This document shows, piece by piece, positions 1 to 10,895 of a DNA stretch of 64,000 nt. Location: positions 26,125,233-26,189,232 of the forward strand of contig OZ316892.1 of assembly GCA_973895155.1 (NCBI GenBank). Direction: 5' to 3'. Source of the stretch: Marsupella aquatica (taxonomy: Eukaryota > Plantae > Marchantiophyta). The notes under the pieces are model-generated. The model did no database searches, was not told where the DNA came from, and worked only from the letters and a program-made list of their open reading frames with translations. How positions within the stretch are numbered: position 1 is the stretch's first letter; each line of letters begins with the position of its first letter. The position numbers were made by a program, and so were the translations under genes.

Positions 1-150
1 ACGTACCCCGTAAATGCAACGGAACGTAACTGGGTGCTCCTTGAGGGCATCTACAGGAACAGTTGAACGCAAGTCGATATACTCACAATGATGGTAGCTG
101 TGATGTTTTCTGAATGCCGGCCGTCTCACTGCTGTCTTGCACTGTAACAG

Positions 151-1606
151 GAATATTGCTCAAAACAATTTGACAGGACCGATTCCGAACGATTTAGGCC
201 GGCTCGTAAACCTGGAGTTTCTGGACCTCTCGATCAATTTCTTAACGGGACAGATACCAGACGATCTGAGCCAACTGCAAAATCTTCAGGCGATAAACGT
301 CTCTCATAATCAATTGCAGGGTCCTATACCCACTGGTGGTGTCTTTAATCATACGAACACCTCTGCGTTTGACCAGAATACGGGGCTCTGTGGATCAGCT
401 GTCAACCTCTCGTGTTCAACATTTCCCAACCCACTCATCATAAATCCAAACGACCCGAATTCACAGCCAGGAGGCCTCTCTCCCCTGTTCAAGAGCAAGA
501 GAAGTCAGACTATATTGAGCGTCTCGGCTATTACGTCTATTTCGGCTGCAGCGGCTATTGCATTGGGAGTGATTATGGTTACTTTATTGAACATGTACGC
601 CCAGACGAGGCGCAGGTCGAATGTCTGCACCGTCGACAGCGATCCTCAATCTCCAAATACCGCTGAGATGGCAATGGGGAAATTGGTGATGTTCACTCGG
701 AAAAGTGACCTCAAGTCGGATGACTGGATGACAAGCACACACGCAATATTCAACAAAGATTGTGAGATTGGCAGGGGCGGTTTTGGTACCGTGTTCAAAG
801 CCGTTTTGGCGCATGGCGAGACTGTTGCTGTGAAGAAGCTGATGGTGGGGAGCCTTGTTAAGACCCGCGACGATTTTGAAAAGGTCGTTCATATGCTCGG
901 AAATGTTAGGCACCCACATCTTGTAAGCTTGCAAGGCTATTACTGGACAGAGCAACTACAGCTTCTGGTCTATGACTACCTTCAGAATGGTAATTTGTAC
1001 AGCCAACTGCACGAAAGGCGAGAAGATGAGCCCCCATTGAGCTGGCGCGTGAGATTTAAGATTGCCCTAGGTACAGCTAACGGGCTTGCTCACCTTCACC
1101 ATGGATGTACCCCACAACTCATACATTACGATGTGAAGTCCACCAATATTCTACTTGACCAAGCGTATGAGGCACGTCTATCAGATTACTCTCTCGCCAA
1201 GCTTCTACCAAAGCTGGACTCCTACGTGATGAGCAGTAAAATGCAGAGTGCCTTGGGCTATATGGCACCAGAGTTTGCATGTCAAAGCCTGAAAATTACA
1301 GAAAAGTGCGATGTGTATGGGTTCGGAGTTTTGCTGCTGGAGCTTGTTACAGGACGACGGCCCGTAGAATATATGGAAGATGATGTTGTAATATTGTGTG
1401 ACTTTGTACGTGCTCTGCTGGACGAAGGTCGGGCCCTTTCCTGTGTTGACCCGAAGCTTCGCCTTTTCCCTGAAGACGAAGTTCTTCCCATCATCAAACT
1501 TGGTCTTATTTGCACATCACAAGTTCCTTCGAATCGCCCTTCCATGGCAGAAGTTGTGCAGATTTTGGAGCTCATCAGGCCTCTGGTCGAAAGTCGAGGT
1601 TCTTAA
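151..1606 (+). CDS. Terminal exon of an LRR receptor-like kinase, subfamily VII (IRK/PXC2-like); 5' exons lie outside the window
   Basis: Acceptor TAACAG ends at 150. The exon carries the last LRRs (LxxLDLSxNxLTGxIP), the NxGLCG cap, a TM helix and a kinase (GxGGFG, VAVKK, HYDVKSTN, GYMAPE). The stretch KITEKCDVYGFGVLLLELVTGRRPVEYMEDDVVILCD is characteristic of IRK/PXC2. Stop TAA at 1604-1606. Confidence 0.93.
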
Positions 1607-2647
1607 AGGAAGCTGTAATTTTGCGATGAGTTTCATTTCGGTCCTGCTCGCTGGGGGGTTCAAAGGGAAGTATATTTTGATTTCTTTGAGCCGAAGCAGC
1701 TGGACGCCATCTAGAGAATGCCATTTAGTCAGTTCACAGGGACGTCTACAACTAATCTGGTGCCTGGGCTTTGAATTGAGTAGTTAACCGGGTAAGAGCC
1801 TTCAAGCGCTGTGAAGACAATCTACGCTGGAATTTCTCCTTCAAAGCACATGCACCTTCATTGATTCAATGCCACTAGAAGTGGTTCCAAAATAGCATGC
1901 AGCAGCTAGCAACGTAACTAGTTCTTGGTGGAGCTGCCAAATTGTGGAGGGTGCTTGTTGCAGAGTTGAGACTGTAATGTACGTTTTGCCATCAGTTCAG
2001 CAAGCCACAATAGACAGGCCTGAGATGATTACTGCCCCGAAGATAGGATTGCCTCCGAAAGTTCAAATGATTTCCCGACATGTTTATATAAATCTGAAGT
2101 GTTTCACAGAGTCGCTAAGAGCTTGATTTGTTTGTCAATGATATATCTCGGATCATATTTGGGCATTGGTGTGTGGATATTGCACATTTTTTCCATGCTG
2201 CAAGTGAAATTTATGAATTAAATTATAGTGTAGGTTCCTTTCCCAACACAATTGAAAACAGAGCATCGTAAAATACCTCAGTTATCATCTGACAAATATC
2301 AAGTCTCTCAAAAAACTATTAAGTAGCTCCGATGTCACGTTATTGAGGTGGAGCAGGTCATTCTTATTATCTGTCGTCTCAGGAGGTGGCAATTTCCTTT
2401 CTGCCTGTTTGCTGTACATTGAATGCTGATGTACCAAAGCAGAGTGCGTGTTCATAATCTTGCCAGTATGTAAAGTATGAATCCTCTGGGAAAAGAGCAG
2501 AGAGGTTGGCCGGTACTGAAACTCATTGGATTTCATTGGATTGCGGAATATTCCTTCACAACTCCCAATCTTCTCAGCTGTGCTTTGAGAAGCACTTGGT
2601 GAAGTTATTGCATTCTCTTGACAATCTGTTCCTCTTGTGGCTTATTA

Positions 2648-3942
2648 CTCACCCCCCCAATCTCAATTAATAAGTATAGTGTCCCTCCCAAACAGTATAT
2701 GGGTTTTAGTAACCTGTATTCCGCCAAAGACAGCTTTTCATTGGCTCACCATCTCCCAAAGTGGGTTAGCCCAGCCCACCGTTGGTCACTCGTAACCCTC
2801 GCTTTGCCTTGTAAAATTCCTTCCAATCTGCCCTTTTTGCCCATTTTGCTGCCTGTGTACGAGGTCCACCGAGAAGTGCGTCAGAAGCACTTTGCGAGTC
2901 GATCTGTAAGCAAGTCTGTCCCACCGGGCCCGATCCCCCAAACCGATTTTATTTGGAGAAAACGAGCCACTTGCTGCGCTGCCATCTCTCACTCGCTATA
3001 TGGAATCACAGGGACCACTGCCCAGAACGTTTTGCACTCTGCGCCATCTCACAATTGACATTGAAGTGAGGCCAATTGAGCACTGCCATAATTCCCATTT
3101 GAGCTCGAAATTTGAGCTGGCGTCTGCAACTTGCAATTGCCTGCAATTTGTAAGAGGACTTTCAATGCCCTGCCACTTCTCAATTTTTAACTCTGCTTAA
3201 TCTGAGCTTACGATTGAGTACTACCCGATTCAGCACTGCACGATATTTTGCTCATGATTTGCACTTGGAATTATTGAGCTCTCAATTTTAGGGAAGCATT
3301 CCAGCTCATGACTGTCATGGTCTCGATCCCAACTGCAGGCCCAACCTTGTTTGCAGCTTTTTTCTGTAAACAAACATTGATCTGCAGACAATTTTTGCAG
3401 ACTTGATTTAAGTGATTCCACTTCATTGAAGCACTGCGCAATTGCATGCCATGTCAGTGCGCTTTTTTTCATTGACAAAAGCAATGTCATGACCTAGCAA
3501 CCTTAATGGCAGTTTGTTGATGGACTGGTAAGACATTAGAAATTAATCTGTGGACTTTTCCTTTCGCTACTTCTTCTCAGATTTTTATATGTACCTCCAC
3601 TCTGCAATCTTTCTATTATTGAAACATCTGAGCATATTTGCTGCAATAAATAAATTAAACTAATTTTCTGCCATCCTTCCAGTTTGCACCTTGTACCCAA
3701 GCAGCAAACAACCAAAATGGGCAGATTGGAAGGATTGACTGGGGGCTGGATATATGGCCATCTCATCCGGGCTAGGAAGCGGGTAGCAAAAGCAGGTCAG
3801 GTGGAGAGTGACTGATGTGGGTTAGCCTAACCCACCTCGGGATATGGTGAGTCAATGAAAAGCTGTCTTGGGCAGGAATACAAGCTACGAAAGCCCCTAT
3901 ACTCACTGGGGGGCAGTATACTAATTAATTTAGTTTGAGGGA
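2648..3942 (-). mobile_element. Degenerate TIR DNA transposon, probably Tc1/mariner-pogo superfamily, with long TIRs (~180-230 bp)
   Basis: 2652-2830 and 3715-3942 are reverse-complementary (e.g. cagcttttcattggctcaccatctcccaaagtgggttagc vs ctaacccacctcgggatatggtgagtcaatgaaaagctg). TA flanks both ends. Minus-strand relic peptides KKSALTWHAIAQCF, FPKIESSI and SSSNG loosely resemble a pogo/CENP-B N-terminus. Confidence 0.6.
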
Positions 3943-4197
3943 TAAAAAGTTGTTTGTATATATGGTTCTAATTGTGTGGTGCCAAATTGCATTCTCCACC
4001 GTGCGTTTCCCATCATATTCCACAGCCCATGAAATATTTATTTTATATATTCCAGAGCATGCAGTCTCATAGTCTGACCATATGTTTATGCTTGAAGACA
4101 TAATGTCCTACATCTTTAGATGATTATAGGGTGTTACGGGATCCTCAACTAAATGACAGCGTGTTTGTACAATTTCCCATGGCATAAGTTCTTGCAG

Positions 4198-4205
4198 GTT
4201 TTTTG

Positions 4206-4244
<39 letters not shown>

Positions 4245-4350
4245 TTTTGTTTTTAAATAGATAAATAATAATTCAAAGCCGGGGGCAGCACCACCCACGC
4301 AAGAAAGAACAAGGAGAGACCCCAAGCCAAACGATCACCCCACCTAAAAG
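4198..4350 (-). mobile_element. Probable 3' end of a retroposed insert (LINE/SINE tail)
   Basis: ~55-nt interrupted T-tract (poly-A on the minus strand) at 4198-4254, next to an AT-rich stretch and a GC-richer body. No TSD found and the 5' boundary is uncertain. Confidence 0.35.
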
Positions 4351-4672
4351 TGTGGATCTTGAACTCGAATTTGTTTTTACTCGCCCGGGCTCGTATGTGG
4401 GCAGCTACGTACGGAGGCTCTTAATGAGCCTTGAGCTTGAGTTTTGTCGTGAAAAAGGTCTGCCATAATCAAGGACACGTGAAGACTAGCAGTGAACTGT
4501 ATAGAAACAATCTCATTCACCTACCTGGCATGGCCCATCACCATGGAAAAATAAATAGCATGGCACATCACCATGGAACAAATAAAAATTAAATCATAAT
4601 TCCCATGGAACAAATAAAAATTAAATCATAGTTTGGTTTATGTTGTGGTCAACTTGAACACTGGCCCCCAAA

Positions 4673-5453
4673 CAAGGACTTAGCAGGACCTCTCTGGCAT
4701 CTCCTAGACTTAACCAGACCCTTGTGAGTAATGAAACTGCTATATGGTGAATCCATCTTCCAGTATTTTGTCTTATTCAAACTTCTTTTCTTGTGTATTT
4801 AATTCAATATGTCTTACCAAGGTGCATCCCTTGTATACTTTAGATTTTGAATTTAATCTGGTACCCCTCTAAATTTTTCAATCTTTGCTATACTTTTGAT
4901 CATCCACCCTTTAACAAAGCTCACAGGAGTTCTAGCCCTTAGTGAAGAAGAAATGATCTAATTAATGTGCACGCTTCATGTCTTTAAGTTCTACTCATGG
5001 TTTTGTGTCCTAAATTTATGGTTTTAATTCATTTGAGTGTCATTACCTAAGATAAATACATAAGTATCTTTACTGGTGTATAGTATGTGCAGAACCCAAT
5101 ACCATAGACTTAAATTTTTCTTGTTCATTATTACTTTTCTTTACATGTGTATTTTTGTTCTTGTACCGTATGTGCACAACTTTTCAATGTCACGCTTCCT
5201 AATCAATGTCCTATTTATATTTGCCACAAAAAAATATATCACCTATATTTCACTAAAAAACTTAAACTTTTTGCTAGAGGACAAAATAACTTTTCATGTT
5301 CCAAGATGAGTATGCTATAACCAGACCCTTGTGAGTAAAATGTCATCAACATCTGAGCAAAAAGGTAGGCACAGGGTCGTGTTAAGTCTTTTTGTCACAC
5401 AGGGGTCCTATTAAGTCCTTTAGAACTTAGAGGGGTCCTGCTAAGTCTTTTCC
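4673..5453. mobile_element. Non-autonomous TIR element (Mutator-like termini) with an internal ~590-bp insertion
   Basis: Left aaggacttagcaggacctct...gacttaaccagacccttgtg is reverse-complementary to right cacaggggtcctattaagtcc...aggggtcctgctaagtcttttcc. A perfect 21-bp direct repeat (4711-4731, 5318-5338) brackets the filler. Confidence 0.6.
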
Positions 5454-5714
5454 TGGCCCGGGCCCAAGCAGAGAGTAAAATATCAAACAAATAAAAAATA
5501 AATCATCATTTATGATAGTGTATATGTTCTGACAAACTTGGGCCAGAGCTAACAGTAGAATCCAGGACTTACTGGTGACGGTAACTTCATGTCAAAAAGC
5601 ATCAGCCGGATACATACAAGGAATAACACCCAGTACGTGAAAAAAAGAGCAGTTGGGTTTCTTGTGGTATGAAAAACTAGCTCAATACCCGTGCGTTGCA
5701 CAAAAGAAGTCAAG

Positions 5715-6215
5715 TCGATCAAAATGTCGTTAAAAAAAAAGTCGTTTCAGAGGTCATTGAGAGAAAATATGTCATATCGCCAAGAGGTCGTGGAGAGAAA
5801 AGATGTCGTGACGGCCAAGAGGTCGTTGAGGAAAAAAGGTGTCGTGTCGGCCAAGAGGTCATTGAGAAAAAATGTGTCGTGTTGGCCAAGAAGTCGTTTG
5901 AGAAAAAATTTGTCATGTCGGCCAAGATGTCATTGAGAAAAAGATGTCATTGAGAGAAAAGATGTCGTGTCGGCCAAGACATTGTTGAGGGATAATACCC
6001 GTGCATTGCACAAAAGATGTCGTGTTGCTCAAGATATTGTTATGTGAAAGATGTTGTTAAGTAAAAAGAAATAATTTTGCCAAAGATGCCATTATGTGAA
6101 AGATGGTGATAAGAAAAAGGTGTCATTTTGCCAAAGATATCGTGAAGTAAAAGATGTTATAAGAAAAAAGGTGTCGTTTCACCCAAGTTGTCGTTATGGG
6201 AAAGATGTTATGAAG
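5715..6215. repeat. ~36-bp tandem subterminal repeat inside the Helitron
   Basis: Roughly ten or more degenerate copies of gagaaaaagatgtcgtgtcggccaagaggtcgtt. Confidence 0.85.
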
Positions 6216-6577
6216 TAAAAAGTCAAGGAGAGAAGGAGCAAGTCTTTTTCTTTGTTTTGTTTTGTACCCAAAATGCCCTTGCATTTACTTACTAAACGCT
6301 ATTGTTTGTGGAAAGATGTCAATGCATAACACATGAGGTTGTGATAAAGATGTAGTTGAGAAAAATTACCATGTTGCTAAAGATAGCTTGAGTAAAAGAT
6401 TTTGTTTGTTAGAAAGATCTCAGTGCATAAAAGATGTTGATGAGTCCCCCCCCCCCTTTGGTTCCCTCTCTTTTATTACTTTTTGGTCTCTTTTTCTCTC
6501 ATTGATTAGATTATGCCCTACTTGATTGACTATGTGATATTTGCAATTAAACTACTGTCTATCATTATGTAACCCCT

Positions 6578-6725
6578 ATGCATGGATGGTAGAGGGGGGA
6601 GCATGGTATTGCATAGATGGTAGAAGGAGTTAAGAGGTAGCATGGATGGTAGAGGGAGGGACATGGTATAAAGTGGATAGTAGAGGGAAGATCATATAAT
6701 TTGTATACATGGATGGTAAAGAGAA
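6578..6725. repeat. ~30-bp minisatellite, about 5 copies
   Basis: Recurrent catggatggtagagggg motif. Confidence 0.7.
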
Positions 6726-7816
6726 TACTTTGTCTTTTTCCTTCTAGTTTGGGGACACGTGCATTCACTTTTCATTCACACTAAATATAATTCATTTGTT
6801 CTTTATTGCTTCCACTTTTTGTAGTTTCTGTTTTTTTCACCCCAAAAGCTACTCCAAATTTGAATGACGACCACTGCATAAAAAGGCGCAACCTTATATT
6901 ATAGTTATTGATGTGTTCAACCCGTGAGGACTTGCCATGTAGAACAGTACAACATATGTTGTTGCTTTTTTATGTGCAATTAGCTTGTGCAAGCCTATCA
7001 GACAGCCAAGAAGAAGTGGAAATCTCTTTGGGCTATCTTATCGCCCATCCCACAAGTCTTGTCATAGTTGCAACTCTGCTTATTGTAAATTGTGGCCTTG
7101 GACATCACAAAAGTGGGTTGTATATCCATTTGATATCCAGATTGTTAGTGTATAGAGATGTAGGTCAAATTGACAAGCATAGGATATTGACTTCCATTTT
7201 GCATTAGATGTATATACTTAGGTTTAATGTCAATTTGATTGTGTATCCAATATTTAGGTGAATATTATTGAGAGGTGTCATAAAAATGACATCAAACACA
7301 TGTAGAAACTTGCACTAATATATTCTACATTAATTTAAAAATCATTCAAATCACCCCAAAACAGTTTTTTGTGATGAATGTCTCCCATCATGTGGATGCT
7401 ATTAGGGCGAGAACTCCCCAGCCAACTTACACCCTGATTAGATACTTCTATACCTCAACTTCCCGTTTTTTGGAGCCCTTGGCCAGCAATGTATATGGTG
7501 ATATTTTTTAGGCTTAAGCTTTGGTTATTGTTGTGGTGGTCAACAACTTTGACACCACCCCTGGTTAGTTTTGTGTATTTTGTGAGCCTCTTATGTTGAC
7601 AAGTTAGACCATACAAGACTGGCTGACTGTGCTTTGATGGATATATAACTACATTAGTGGCAGTGGTTTGGCTTATCAAATTTGGCATTATTTTCTTTAC
7701 TCCACCGTGGTCAACCTGTCAGTTTGGCATTTCTTATCAAAGTTAATGGATTAAAATGGATTCTATTGTACTATAGTTTTGAGGAAATTCAATCACTTAG
7801 ATCTGACTCCATCATC

Positions 7817-8531
7817 ATGGGAAAGCTGAGTCCTTTCAAGCTTAAGGAGGTGGTGTATACATTGGCATCAGACCAACATGAAATTATGAGAGGGTTGTGG
7901 AAGGGTGCTGGGTACAAGACAAGCAAGAGAATTCATGAGAATTGGGCCAGCATACTCACTCTTGTTGTCCCTGTTGTTGGCACCTATTGGTAATCTATCT
8001 CTCACACTCAATGTCTCTCTCCCTCATTGCATCTCCCAGTTTATATTTAGTTAGTTGTTTCTTCAATCTTCAATTCTCTTGGAGCACCCGGACATCTAGT
8101 TTCTTCTCTCTATCTCTCTCAACTTTTACATATAGATGTGCAATGCATCTCTGGAGAAGTGAAATTAATGAATGCTTGATTGCTTTGTTTCAAATGAAGA
8201 GACTTACTAGTCAATTTCATAAACAAATCCAAATATTTCATCTCTTTTAACAAATCAGTTTGAGTTGTTTGACCATCATGTCTTGAAACTTACGTGAATG
8301 CACTTTCCTCAAACTTCTGTAATTAAAACTCAAAAGTGGAAGTAAATTGAATAACTAGGATAGTATAAATCAAATGAAGCTTAACAATTGCCCTAAAATG
8401 TTGTCCTTGCACATTAGAGTGCCTGATCTTGTTTCTAGAATTCATGGGATTTCTAGTCATTTGGTGTGATGCGATCTGCTAGGTATGCCGAGAACTATCG
8501 GGAGCAAGAAAAGCTACATCATCGCCATTAG
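7817..8531 (+). CDS. QCR8: Cytochrome b-c1 complex subunit 8 (QCR8/UQCRQ), 2 exons: 7817-7989 and 8483-8531
   Basis: Spliced product MGKLSPFKLKEVVYTLASDQHEIMRGLWKGAGYKTSKRIHENWASILTLVVPVVGTYW-YAENYREQEKLHHRH* (73 aa) matches the plant QCR8 pattern (MGK..P.KLK.VVY...GLWK...ENW...PVVGTYWYA...EQEKL.HR). Donor TG|GTAATC and acceptor CTAG|G keep the frame. Confidence 0.85.
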
Positions 8532-8699
8532 GACATCTTCAGAGTTGTTATCAACATCTGCGCCTCAGATTATCATGGATCTACTAAAACTCTATGTCCA
8601 GTAAACTAAAAATGTAAAGGATTCAATGTTTTGTTAAAACTTTCATAACCAACAGGTTTGTGAACATTGAACAAAAAACCAACCCGGCCATCCTTTAGA

Positions 8700-9350
8700 C
8701 AATATATTAATCTTGTTGCTCATGCATGTGATTGATATAATATTCGATCCAAGACAGCTCCAGGAACTATGTCTATGCCTCGCTCAACGTCAATGGGTTT
8801 CTTCACACACAAATATGATTGGGCATAGAAATTTAATTTATTTTGATTATAGTCTTCATGCCCCCTTCATGCATGAGTATGGAAAGTTTACTAATTGTAT
8901 AAAGTGATAAACATATCAATCTCACAAGCAAAAATGTTTAAGAACATCATTAGTTGTAAATTAGTTTGGAGAAGATAGGTTCCTCTCTTCAAAATAATGG
9001 ATTAGGATTTACATGTGGTGATGGCAGATCAAGCTCCAGCAAGTGAATTAACAGCAATAGGGACTCAAACGCATCACATACACATCATAAATGCTATTAG
9101 CTACCCAAATGACCCAGAGAAATGAATCCTCTAAAACCAAATCCTTTATTACATTGAAACACAGCATTTTGAAACCAATGTAAATTTGCAAAATATGCAT
9201 GTAACCACACTTAGTATTCCTCTCAAGCAGCTGACAACAGGTGACATCTTTGGTACCAATGGCGTTCTGGCATTAACTGAGGAGCTTCCTGCACACCTGG
9301 TCTACAATCATCCCTGACCTATAGTCAGTCCCCTGCCCCATAAGTGATTT
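8700..9350 (-). mobile_element. Possible decayed hAT-like transposase remnant
   Basis: Minus-strand YAQSYLCVKKPIDVERG (~8830-8775) resembles the hAT dimerization motif LAxxYLxxxxxxxDxER. The upstream fragments are only weakly similar. Confidence 0.28.
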
Positions 9351-10093
9351 ATTTACTCTAATAAAACATGTCATGTACGTGTTATTTCAATGGGATTTTG
9401 CGCTTCTTACCGATAACTGTTCATGTACACTTGTGATCCATAGCCCAAAGGAAGAGCAACTCATAGCTCGAAGAAAGAGCAAGTTAGACAGTGTTGCAAG
9501 ATTTGATGTGCACTTACATCATGCAAAGATTCTTAATGAAGTGCAGCACAAATGCTCATAACTATTGATCTTATTCACAGAAAAGACTGCATGCTTTATA
9601 TCCAGAACCAGTCACACAAAGATCGTAAATCAAGGACCCCCTGCCCTTGAACCAAGAGTTTAATTCCAATAGCAAACCAAACAAAGGATGTGAAGATAAC
9701 CTTAGTGCCAAACCTCCTTACACAAAGTAAAGACTGAGTAAAAGGCTAAAGTGGCCCTACAATTTAACATAGTCAAAACAGGGAAGTCATCAAGGCCAAA
9801 CACTGGAGGATCGAACACCTTCATAACACTTATCAAGGTTGCACTTATAAAATTGGCTGGCATTGTTGCTAAGTCAGTTTCTGAACATTCTAAAATTCAC
9901 TGTACTCAGTTTGGAAACACTCTTCAAGTAAAATCAGACTCCAAGAGCTGCAATGACAATCAATTCACACTGAAAATGAGGAGTGTTTGGGACATGCTGA
10001 GATCAATACATATTGAGATTGATGTCTAACAACCTCCCTACCACAACCTCGGAGATTCATGACATAATTTGGAACAGTTTTTAAGTACATTGC

Positions 10094-10246
10094 CGCTAAA
10101 GATGTTTGAATTTACAATATTATCACAGTTTCCGTATATAGTTTCCCTGGTTATTTTGGTAAACTTGTCATCCATATGCAAAACCATGTCAATTTTATAA
10201 ATACAAACAAAATAGTGACAGTATTGTCAATTAGAGCATCTTTAGC
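10094..10246. mobile_element. MITE, family also present at 59086-59253
   Basis: TIRs gctaaagatgtttgaatttacaatattatcac / gtgacagtattgtcaattagagcatctttagc; AT-rich interior. Confidence 0.65.
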
Positions 10247-10413
10247 TTAAATTTGAAACTAGTGGAGTGATTGAATTTACACTACTTTGTTATTACCCAC
10301 CTTCCTCAAATTCCCTGCCTATCCTACTGAGATGTTGCCTAAAAGATTCACTGACCACTTTGCCCTTGATGGTAGTGCACCTGTTGTGGGCTGTCAATGC
10401 TCTCACTTTTTCC

Positions 10414-10520
10414 ACATTCCACTCACTTCTTTCCTCTAAGGTGCCAGTCTCCTCCATGATTTACTTTTTCCGCATTCCACTCACTTCTTTCCTCTAAGGT
10501 GCCAGTCTCCTCCATGATTT
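10414..10520. repeat. Short tandem duplication, two near-identical copies
   Basis: cattccactcacttctt(t)cctctaaggtgccagtctcctccatgattt occurs twice. Confidence 0.85.
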
Positions 10521-10895
10521 CAGGAAACGAGAATTGTTTCTAGTGAGATTTAGTTCCTACGGGTAACCCGTAACTCTTGAAGGGGCAGTTGTTGTGTGCT
10601 GCGCGCATTACTTTCTTTGGATCTAAAGTTGGTGGTGAAGCTTCGTAGTTTCCTTTCATTGGTCCCTCATGCACTTCCTTTTCTGAATGGACAGCACTTG
10701 CTGCCGCAGAGTCGCATCCCGAAAGATTCATAAATCAAATCGTTCCTTTCCTGTGCTCATCAGTTCCGATTAGTGTTTACTTACAGGTTCATCCAAAAGG
10801 ATAGACTCCCAAGGAGCAGTTTCTTAGAAGGGTCAAATTCTTGCCTAGAGGGATAGTCATAGGAAGTACTCTGGAGCTTTCATTTTTTTAAATAG

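Larger units (their letters stand above)
5677..7700 (-). mobile_element. Helitron relic: 3' terminus plus decayed Pif1-like helicase
   Basis: Minus strand ends GTGCAACGCACGGGTATTGAGCTAG|T, the canonical hairpin + CTAG before T, at 5677-5701. Relic motifs occur in the expected order: IYIAGQG (Walker A-like, ~7500), PLNNIHLNIGYTIKLTLNL and QNGSQ (~7280-7185), RPQFTISRVATMT (~7100-7060), YVVL (~6950). The 5' end was not located. Confidence 0.7.

Noticed and set aside
2285-2640. Coding-like minus-strand stretch (LSALFPEDSYFTYWQDYEHALCF)
   Set aside because: Stops flank the peptide in its frame and no family could be recognised.
5691-5953. Lys/Arg-rich ORFs in three frames
   Set aside because: Artefacts of the 36-bp tandem repeat within the Helitron end.
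5715-6215. 36-bp periodic repeat as a possible CRISPR array
   Set aside because: Units are contiguous and degenerate with no unique spacers, there are no cas genes, and the context is eukaryotic.
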